A stretch of 62,306 nucleotides of DNA, filler included, from Choristocarpus tenellus KU-1152 (lineage: Eukaryota > Protista > Phaeophyceae), in assembly GCA_964200185.2 (NCBI GenBank). It is 9 parts of 9 records of this genome, joined end to end, with 100 filler letters (N's around TTAATTAATTAA, not from the genome) between each part and the next. Parts side by side here need not be neighbours in the genome. Positions count along the whole stretch, not along the records: positions 48,525 to 55,465 come from CAXNAD020007006.1; positions 55,566 to 59,386 come from CAXNAD020017734.1; positions 59,487 to 62,306 come from CAXNAD020024471.1; 6 more parts are not named here. The stretch is one strand, 5' to 3'. Numbering within the stretch: the first letter of the stretch is position 1; the number at the start of each line of letters is the position of its first letter. This document shows, in pieces, positions 53,101 to 62,306 of this stretch. The notes beneath the pieces are model-generated. The model was not told where the DNA came from. It searched no databases and saw nothing but the letters and a program-made list of their open reading frames with translations. The position numbers were made by a program, and so were the translations under genes.

Positions 53101-54016
53101 AAGGGCACAAACAGCATAGCAGGAGGTGGTCATCTTGACATGTCGTAAAATGATCGCAAGGTTCGTCTAGAGGTCAACAGTATGCAAAATGTGTGAGAGG
53201 AGAAGAATGCATTCATTGTCTCTCCATCACAGTGCACTGCCGATCAATGGAATAATCATGCTGTATCAAATTATCAGCTAAGTTCTTTCAGCACGAACTA
53301 GGACCCCAACTCACCGCATCTAGGAGTTCCTCGCGATCTTCATCGGTCAGAGTGCGTATCTCCCTGCGAACATACTTGCACATCACGACGTCCTTGAAAC
53401 GCCTCACGATCACCCCATCTGAGTTGAGCTCTTCCACCATCACAGTGTTTTCCTCCTGATGCTCAAACATCACCACAGCACCATCTCCCATCGCCGTCAC
53501 AGGCTCGGCTCCCTCAGCTGCAGGAGTGATGGTCCACTGGTAGGTCATTCCCTCGATTGGCTTTCGAACTGACAGCGTCGTAGGACTGAATGGCTCCACC
53601 AGTTGGGTGCCCTCCAACCACGGATAAGCGGATCCCGGTTTTCCATCCCTAATATGGTAGTAGTTCAGGGCTTGAAATCCGAGATCTCCTGCATCTATTG
53701 AAGTGGGGAGGAGTACCGGATCGCTAGACTGTAAAGCCGTGACCCCGTTTGATCCTGGTGTGGCATGGACCTCGGTTATTGTCTGAGGTTGATCCAAGGA
53801 CGTTGTTGCAAAGGAGCCACCAACATACGCGGCAGCAAGAGCAGCTACGGCTCCAGCACCTGTCGTGAGTAGCAGGACATTAACCCACTTGCAGCGTCGA
53901 GAGGTCCCCATACCGGTCGGGTTACGTTGATCGTAGCGAGACTCCTCAGCAGGTCGCATTCTTGACCCAGCGATGGAGCCGTAACTGCGCTGCTGCTGGG
54001 ATGGTATATATTTCAT
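50143..54016 (-). CDS. Tyrosinase/catechol-oxidase (type-3 di-copper) domain protein with an N-terminal membrane anchor; apparently complete, 7 exons
   Basis: Exons 54016-53315 (TM segment; VRREIRTL), 53092-52970 (LLHF..CDH), 52731-52525 (FHHGLGFLTSH..MPYWDF), 52254-52136 (GKLRAPWN), 51706-51373 (PHGPIHLWIGG), 51069-50809 (SSPLDPTFWPTHGTMERL) and 50658-50143. Confidence 0.9.
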
Positions 54017-54419
54017 GTCTTAACACAAAACGTAATGGTATCCGTGAATCCACGGTGCGGTCCAGACACTCACGGCCAGTCAGGGTTGTGGTGATGGAGA
54101 GTGTGATGTCTCACAAAGAGTGATCGATTCTCAACAACTATGTTATTATTACTGTCAACTTTCTAGGTGTTGGTGTAAAAAAAAACATATTTCATAAATA
54201 TTTTTAAAATATCTTTATTGTTGATGGGGTAATTTTTTATTGTTCCATATTTGCCCCCTGCTTATTAGAGGAGGACTCGAATGGAGGATGAGGTATGTTG
54301 TGAAGAACGACAAAGAGATTATTCTTTGATCATTGTTGGAGTTTTCTTCTGTTCCAACAGACAACTCTCTATAGATATATTATTATTTTCCCTCTAAGAT
54401 TTGGAAATGTTTGACGGAA

Positions 54420-54780
54420 AATAATAATGATAATACACCCTCTCTGCCAGTTCTGCTTTTTTTGCACTGGAGGGCCCCAACAGATATACAGCAATATATA
54501 TATCGAATGAAAGCTTATGACAAGACCTTTTGAAGGTTTGTATGTAGGATATAGAATCTTCAGCGAACGGGAATTATGTCCCAATAAAATATTGGAAAAA
54601 CTCGGGGTAATATCTCCGACGCAATTTTGAAGGTCAGGACTTCAAAACTTGGAAAAATAAGTGGTTAGCTGAACTTCTTCCGGAAAACTCGTGGGGAGTA
54701 CGTCGCTGTCCAAGTTTGGTTCGTGCGGTCCTCACCAAAAAAAAAAGAAAAAAAAATCCTCTTTTTAGCACCTTCAATTT
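54420..54780. repeat. Copy of the long dispersed repeat (similar to ~30060-30460)
   Basis: Colinear similarity over about 350 bp. Confidence 0.78.
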
Positions 54781-56268
54781 TGTTTTTTAGAATTGCCAAT
54801 GTATGCAAAAAAAACTATTAACGATTCGAGATAAATGTTGAAGTCATCTCACATCATCTTGAATAGTTTAGGTTCTACCAGTGATGACAATTCAATTATA
54901 CTAATATAACATTTGTATCATTGTAACTTCTACAATTTACAGATAGATGTGTGAAGTGTGAGTGATGTGATACATGGTTTAGGAAGACAAGGATAGCGAA
55001 GAGAGTCACCAGGTAAGACGGACAGAAGGACCAGACGGACCAAGACTAACCGTAACTCAGAGGACGACGTTAAGGTTGGATAAGTCGAAGACTGTAGAGT
55101 GGGGAGGACCTCATCATCAAAGTGTGGATGAACACAATGATAAATAAGAGGTATAGTCAAAAATAATCTTTGATGGTTAGTATTTTTTTAATGAAGAGAA
55201 GTTCAGAAACTGTGGAACTGTCTCTTGAAGAGATTCGATGGTTGCCATATTAACGTAATTTCTCATTCTCGAATATTTTGCGACTACATACACCATATAA
55301 TTTCTTCCTCGTAGTGTATTCCAAATATAGTTGGTGAAATAGAAAACAGTTTGGTGTCAATTTTGGTCTGTACAGAGCCTTCGTATCCTTCATCTCCATT
55401 TAACAGTGGATTTTTCAAAATTGAGGATGGAGCGGGACTATGAGGATGGTTGTTTTGCGAAAACGNNNNNNNNNNNNNNNNNNNNNNNNNNNNNNNNNNN
55501 NNNNNNNNNTTAATTAATTAANNNNNNNNNNNNNNNNNNNNNNNNNNNNNNNNNNNNNNNNNNNNCCACTCCAAGGGGCGCACGCGCGTGTTGTTTGTTG
55601 GTAGGCAGGGGGGGGGGGGGGGGGGGAGGGGGGGTGAGGGGATGAGAACCCTAACAAAAAATCCTTCAACATGAAAGGGCCAGGGATAAGCACCAACAAC
55701 AAGGCCCATCACGCCACATATCGTGCCCATCGACCATCCACTCAATCAATATGATAGACTTGGACGGGCATAGTGTCAGTCAGGTAAAGCAAAGGCACAA
55801 TGTTGCAATGAGAGACAATCAACTCTTCTTTTCCACAGATCTATTGAAACTAGTATCAAAGGAGGGTTAGTAGGAGGGGGATTGATGTGAGGGGAAAGTG
55901 GGGGGGGGCGTCACGGTGCCAAAAAAAAATGCCACTAAATCACGCAATTAATGAGCATGACATCACAAGGTTGAATGCGATAAAAAGGAATGAGCAATAC
56001 CATGGGGAGGAGATCCATCAATGGGAAAGCACTCTTTACAAATCTATAACGGGATTGGAAGCTATTGTGTGTTGAAACAAAACTTGAACGAATTCTCATT
56101 CGGGCCCTCAAAAAAGGATGTACTTGACATTAAGAAAGGTTTTATCAAATACGAATTGACTTGGGCCGGGGGCCAGGGCCCACTCGTCTTGCAGATCATG
56201 TTGCAAGGTACTGGTAGCCCTGACTGTTGGGGAAGTTGGCTGAGGGGATACTGTGGAAGGGGACCTCA

Positions 56269-57094
56269 CTGTTCGTCGCCGTGCGAGCAACTCCTCCCTC
56301 TCTTGTGCCTCCTGGCCCATCTTTCGTCTTCCCAAGTCGTGCCGTTCCAGCTGATCTCGCAAGAAGTCTCTCTCACTTGCAAGCTCCCTCAACTTTCTGC
56401 AAATAAGGATTTTGGTCGATATGGAGAGGGAGCACGTACACAGATCATGGACTTTTGAAATAGGCAGGGAGGAAATGTCTTCACGATCAATAGTGCTGAC
56501 CTGAGAGAGAAGTTTAATTAGCTTTGGGATTCTTGGTCATTCACAGGTATCATGACCTACTGCTAAGGGTAAGAAGGAAACGATGCCCACTTCCAGTTAC
56601 AAATTACGAGGGTTGACGATGGAGAAAGAGGGACAACGACGGCAATTGCATTATCAATTTTCTGGGGTTTGGACCGTGACTAGCACTGCATCAACTCTTT
56701 TTCAAATTTCCATATCCTTTTGGTTGAGGATGACAGTGAGGGCATTTGGTCGACCTAATCACACAGCATTCGGGTCCATGTCCATTGTACAGATTTCTGA
56801 TTAACAAAGGAACTTCCTCACACCAAATATCGCACCAAGCATAAGTACATAGCCACCAGTACGCAAGTCGGTATTTATCCCTTATGTGATCACATACCTC
56901 CGCCAGTTTTCTCTTTGTGCAGGCCTTTCTTGACCCGCAAACCCCGACAAAACCTTGAGCTGCCGTTCCAGCTCCTCTAGCCGCAACCGAACCTCATCCG
57001 GACTAGCGTGTCCTCGTTCAACGTACTGCATCTGCGTCTGCAAGTCAAATACAAGACGACGGGCCTTGGGAAACAGCTCCACAATCGAGGTCAT
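56269..57094 (-). CDS. GOSR2: Membrin/GOSR2/Bos1-like Golgi Qb-SNARE, N-terminal exons
   Basis: Exon 57094-56898 (MTSIVELFPKARRLVFDLQ..QRENWR) and exon 56396-56269 (KLRELASERDFLRDQL..EREELLARR). The SNARE motif and TM segment were not found. Confidence 0.72.
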
Positions 57095-57242
57095 ACTGCT
57101 TTATTCCTCCTATGTCTTTGTCTCTGACCTAAACCTTGTGGGAAGTATAGTCAAAGTGAGAAGACCTAAAATGTGCGACTGCGCGCAAATAACTGACAAA
57201 TCTTTTTTGATTATGGCGAGGGAGTCAATGCGTTGTTGCGTC

Positions 57243-59094
57243 ATGTGGTCAAGAACAACCAGATATAAGGGCAAAACAACGTGCATGATACATAAACTGC
57301 TGAGGGTCCGAGGGCTTATCGTGGTGGTGGAAGTCTCGGTGATTCTTGCGTTCAATCCATCCGTCGGCTGCCGCATCCATGGTGTTGATATCGGATACTG
57401 TGACACTGACTATTACACGGACAGAGACTTTCGATCGGCAAACACGCCCTTCTGTGGGAATTTCATCAAGTATTCTGTTTGCGTCCCAAAGTATGATGTA
57501 AGTGACAATACATCTCGGGAAGAACGAATTGCTGATCGGATTGACGATTACAGCCTGTGTTTGCTCGCCCCGTTTTTATTATTCACCACCTTGCTCTGTC
57601 CACTCCACAGCCACTCCCGCCTTCTCGGGAGTTTCAGAATGGTAGATGGTTCAACAACACTGCGTCCCAGAAAGACAAGTGGATTGAAGAGTACTACAAT
57701 ATCGTGGTCGAGAGTCGTCTAGCTGTGGAGGGTGATAAGACGCTGCAAAAGCAAGGTGCTTCAGTATTGACCCAGTCAACCTTAATTGAGCCTTGAGTGG
57801 CAACGTGATGCGTTCCCCACCCACGACCGATGGGAAGAATTTGCGAGGTTCGGTTGCCCGTGTCGTCAGTGTGGTAGGTAGATTTTGCTGTGAGCTGCGA
57901 TAGATCAAGGTGAACCATTTGCTCCGAGGTACGTGCAATGTAATCTTTAGGGTTTCCCACATGATCCAACCCAATTCAACAAAGATATTTCAGAAATATA
58001 TTATATGGAGTTGCTGCCTCAACGAGGCAGTAGCTAAATCAACCACCGAGTAAACCCAGAATTGTACAATGATAGCCCAATGTCGTCATAGTGCTGTGCA
58101 ACTAACTGCATTGAAGTAGAGATCCCATTGAAGCATATTCTCAAACCCGTCAGGGATTGATGAATACGGAAATAGAGGCGCACCAGTACCAAGGTTTACC
58201 GACAACCCTGACTGTCAGAGGGCGTACAAGGCATACATGTGCTACATCAACTTCCCTAGGTAAACATTTTGCTCTTATAGATAGAATGCAGTACTGGGAT
58301 GAGCCTTTATATCCCATCGTGGCTCACTCACTCACCCTAAGAAAAGCACTTGTACAAACATATCAACAATGTACAAATACTTAGCTATCCTTACGAGCAG
58401 ATATGGCAAGCATGCAACATTCTGCCAAGTCCGTTTCTGTTAAGTTAAATCGGTGAATTGAAAAGGTTATATCTAAATTCTTAAGTTTTGGTAGTTCAGA
58501 GTTCAAAACCACAATGCAAACAAGAACATGATAGTAGGCTGGAGTTGGAAATTCTGAAGTACTTGATGCGATTTAAGGTTGTCGATAAAAAATAATTAAC
58601 CAGAGTGTCAAGACGACATGGATGTAGAGGACAAGTAAAGGACATTTGATGTCGACCAAGAACACAGGTAGAAGATGAATTTAGGGATACAACATCCATC
58701 ATAGTGTCAAAAACCCTCTAGGCTGCTTACTCAATCTCTCCCCCCTTTCTTCACAAGTACTGTGGAGTAGTTCTTACCAAGTAGCAGCATGATATTAGAG
58801 AGGTGTACTACTAATATGTCCATAGTGTATCCATGTGCATTTCAAATTTCGGGACTTAGAGATTTTTTTTTTAAACCATCTGTGATCACTATGCCTCTGC
58901 ACAATTTAGGTGCAACGACAAAGGGGATTCCATGGTAACATGCAGGAGTGCATGTGAAAACCTCATGGTTGCATGTCAGAATCAGAAGGACCTGTGGCGC
59001 TGTGGGGAAGCCCAGTACTTCAATGGGTATGAGGCAGAAGAGCCAACAGAGGATTCAGAGGGCAATCCAGTGTATATGAGAGATTTCTTCCCAG
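57243..59094 (+). CDS. Probably secreted cysteine-rich protein with a Frizzled-like (Mid1/FAM155-type) domain; 3'-incomplete
   Basis: Exons ~57243-57497 (hydrophobic leader; PFCGNFIKYSVCVP), 57611-57755, 58154-58259 (DCQRAYKAYMCYINFPR) and 58910-59094 (CNDKGDSMVTCRSACENLMVAC). Phases are consistent; start codon uncertain. Confidence 0.78.
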
Positions 59095-59366
59095 GCAAGA
59101 AAAAAAAATTATGAAAATGAAACATGTTAAAGGGCCACACTTTCTCTATCGACTCGGGTTTACTTACAATACTTACTCACTGTTCGTTGGACCCTTTCTT
59201 GATATCAAGCACAGGCCTTGGTTGGCTCAGTTAGAGGTCCCTCTGGTGATATACGCTCTTTTGTGCTACAGAATGACTCACAGATAGAACTTGGTATTTA
59301 AAGCAACAATACAGCACACGCACTCTGGAACTCAAGTGCATACAGGAAGTCCTTCGAAGTAGGACT

Positions 59367-59386
59367 GGCTCAAAGTATCCGGGGGG
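59367..59386. mobile_element. MITE terminus at contig end; another at 62270-62306
   Basis: GGCTCAAAGTATCCGGGGGG; GACCCAAAGTATCTGGGAGAGGG..GTCTACAC. Confidence 0.65.
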
Positions 59387-59486
59387 NNNNNNNNNNNNNN
59401 NNNNNNNNNNNNNNNNNNNNNNNNNNNNNNTTAATTAATTAANNNNNNNNNNNNNNNNNNNNNNNNNNNNNNNNNNNNNNNNNNNN

Positions 59487-60170
59487 CAACGTGTCATAGC
59501 ACAGTCGACTGCAGAGGCAGAGTACACAGCCATGGGGGACTGTGTGAAGGAGTTGTTGTTTTTTCGAGGTGAAGTTTGGAGTTCGTGCAATCTGATAGGA
59601 CTGAATCGTGTTATGTAGTGTATGAGGATAACACAGGAGCCACCCATTTGGCAAACAACCCCTTGAGTTCGGGTAGGAGAAAGCACATTGATGTACGTCA
59701 TCATTTCCTATGGGACTTGGTAGCAAATGGACAAATAAAGATTGTCCATGTTAATTCAGATGAACAACACGCAGATATCTTGACCAAGCCAGAAATATCG
59801 TTTTGGAGGCATGCGGGGGCTTTGCTAAATTTAGGCTATGTTTAATGATTTGTTTCTTGTTGAATTTGAGTTTGTTTGTTTAGATTTATTTCTTTTCAGT
59901 GAGTTCAATAGCTGGTTGTTTTCTTGTCATACAGGTTTGACCTAAGGAGTCTCCTAGGATCCATAATTATTTTCTTGTAAGTTCTCAAGAGTTGTTAGGC
60001 TAGGGAGAGTGTTCGATTAGACTCTTCCCACTCTATTGGACAGTTACATCAAAAATATGTATGGAGTAACGGCACAATCAATTAGTGGTTGAGTTATCAT
60101 AACCTTTTACTAGTGACTAGTTGTATGAGAATTTTTCTCATATAGAAGGAAATATTTCTGATTTTATGGG
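59487..60170 (+). mobile_element. Copia 3' end: RNase H, polypurine tract (~60002-60009) and start of an LTR
   Basis: AQSTAEAEYTAM, YEDNTGA, RRKHIDVRHHFL, QHADILTKP; AGGGAGAG then TGTT. Confidence 0.88.
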
Positions 60171-60279
60171 GCATTGCATGCCCCACCTAACTTTAGTCAA
60201 TCACTCTACAGACAGACACCAAGCAATCCGGCTGGGTTTATCACCTTTATCCTCTTTGATGATTTTGGGGATACTTTAA

Positions 60280-61201
60280 CAGATGAAACCCGGTTTTACG
60301 TGATGGTTGATAGGGAAAGGGTTAGGGTATTTCCGCATGAGGATGATATCGACCTTCCACGGTCCCCTACTTTGCAGCACAAGAGTTATGCCCCCAAAAC
60401 CATGATCATTGCAACCAACTTTCGCCCAGATTCAGCTCACAACTTTGATGGAAAGCTTGGTGTTTGGCATGTGTGTGCGCCAAAAACGGCAGACAGGACA
60501 AGCAAGAACCATAAAAAGGTGGATGTGTATGAGCAGGACTGTACTTTAGACCATTTTTGGTACAGGAAGTGGTACACGGAGGAGTTACTGCCTGCAATCA
60601 GGACCAAGATGCCTTCGTTGCAGGGAAAGTACGTTATCGTTCAGCAAGACGGTGCCACCCCCCACACGGGCAAGGGCAACTCAGAAATCTTGTCAGGAGC
60701 AGGGAAGACTGAGAAGTGGTCGATTAGGCTTGTGACGCAACCATCAAACCCCCCCGACCTCAATATCATGGACCTGTGCTTCTTCAGATCTTTGAAATGT
60801 CAGGTGATGGCGGAGCGGTTGGGTTGTGTTGAGGAGATGGTGAAGGTAATCAAGAAACAGTATGAGGAGTATGATGAAACCACACTTGAAAGGGCTTGGC
60901 AGCTCCTTTTTGTGGTGTACAATCAAGTACTTAGATAAAAAGGGGGGAATGACTTCAGTGTGGAGCACACGGGAGTAAGGAAGAGGCGGTTGTCTGGTGA
61001 GCTTGAAAACACGCCGAAGGTAGACATGGAGGCCTTTTCTGTGGCTGACAAAATTGTGATGGATGAGGAGTAATAATAATAACAAGAGCTGACTCTAAAC
61101 AGAACTTCGTCAAGGATTCCAAATCTTCTTTCCGAAATGAATTTTATCAACATCTTCAAAGGTTATGGACAACGCAGCACACACCTATGGCACGGAGGTA
61201 G
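60280..61201 (+). mobile_element. Tc1/mariner transposase catalytic region (plant-type) with right TIR and TA, 5'-truncated
   Basis: DETRFY, FDGKLGVW, VQQDGATPH, QPSNPPDLNIMDLCFF; ends GGCACGGAGGTAG|TA. Confidence 0.88.
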
Positions 61202-62306
61202 TATCTATCTAAGATTTGCTAGTTTTCAAAAGGTGCGATCATCTACGGTGAGGCGTGGGTTCTTATGTTGAGAAAACTCCTTCTAGTGAGTAGCAGTGGG
61301 GTTACCTATCTTTTTAATCGCTATCTGATATAGGCATCGGCGACAGGATGCTGGAACACCAGAAGAACCTATGGGAAAATGTGATATGGATGCTCCAGAA
61401 CAATAAGAATTCGGAATTTGTGCGTTGGATCATATTTTGTGTTGCTATTGCCTGATAGTGCTAAACTCAACCCATTCTCAACGGAAAGAGTAAAATTTCG
61501 ACTTATAAATCCAGAATAAAACTATCCAAATAATCGAAAAGAAAGAGGAGATACTAGCTACATCTATTATTATATAGGTCAGAGAAGGTTTTTGGTTCCC
61601 TTGACCATACTAAACCCCTTTGGTTTTGAATATTGCTTAAGATTTATTGTTAGTTTTTTTCTGCAAGCAAATCTGAAAGAGTTAAAGCCTTGTTACTAAC
61701 GATTTTCTTCAAATCATTGTAGTAGTTCAAGACGCTGAGATCGATCTGACCGCCTATATTCAAAGTACTCTAGAAATGGGTAGGCCCCGTCATGGACAAA
61801 AACAATGAGTCAAACCTATTGAGAGGTACGTAGGTTTGGGCCCTTTTGCATCCCAAGGCCATCTTTTTACCCTGCACAATACACTTTATTCCATTGCTTT
61901 ATGAACCACAATTCAGCAAAGGCTCTTTCTGTAAATGTACAAAAGGACATTTCTTTGACCTTCCTCGGGATCCTCAAAATACAACCCTGCCTACCTCTCA
62001 GTTGGATTGACTCAGTGCCCCCCTATGAACGCATGGTGTGCATCCTGTCCACATGCAAAGCAGCACCTTCATCAAGTTGTGCATACAAAAATGGTAGATG
62101 GTCCTAGGACAACCAAATCGAACGATATTCCACATTAGCTGCACCAATAAGCCCGACAAGTATCCCGTCTGGCTGAGACGTTCAAGTTCCATCCTCGCCA
62201 AGGACGCGAGGCAATGCAACGCGTGCTTGCTTCGCATCTACAACAACAACTTGGTTGTCAAATAAAAAAGACCCAAAGTATCTGGGAGAGGGGGGGGGGT
62301 CTACAC

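Noticed and set aside
56955-57722. 255-aa + strand ORF as a single-exon gene
   Set aside because: Composite of membrin antisense sequence, promoter, one real exon and intron read-through.

Overview
Eukaryotic, intron-rich genomic DNA, not prokaryotic. TTAGGG-type repeats, the tyrosinase architecture and the transposon families suggest a stramenopile, probably a brown alga or relative (inference). The window is nine contig pieces joined by artificial 100-nt spacers (44 N + TTAATTAATTAA + 44 N), so adjacency across spacers is unproven. Spliced genes, reconstructed by hand from GT-AG sites and frame continuity: a RAP-domain helical-repeat protein (+, 78-10554), the 3' part of an AGC (PKA/PKG-like) kinase (-), an unknown protein (-, 21743-23969), a TPR protein with ~60-aa N-terminal repeats (-) head-to-head with an atypical BUD31/G10 (+), an apparently complete tyrosinase-domain membrane protein (-), and membrin/GOSR2 (-) head-to-head with a Frizzled/Mid1-like cysteine-rich protein (+). 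Much of the remainder is nested transposon debris: a CRE-type non-LTR element, Copia and Gypsy fragments, LTRs, plant-type mariner transposases, and about 14 MITE copies sharing the terminus G-N4-AAAGTATCT. Top leads: BUD31 lacking 5 of 9 zinc cysteines with a C-terminal extension; MITE families with shared ends but 3- vs 4-bp TSDs, one inserted in a splice donor; and the Mid1/FAM155-like protein. No rRNA, tRNA or CRISPR array was recognised.
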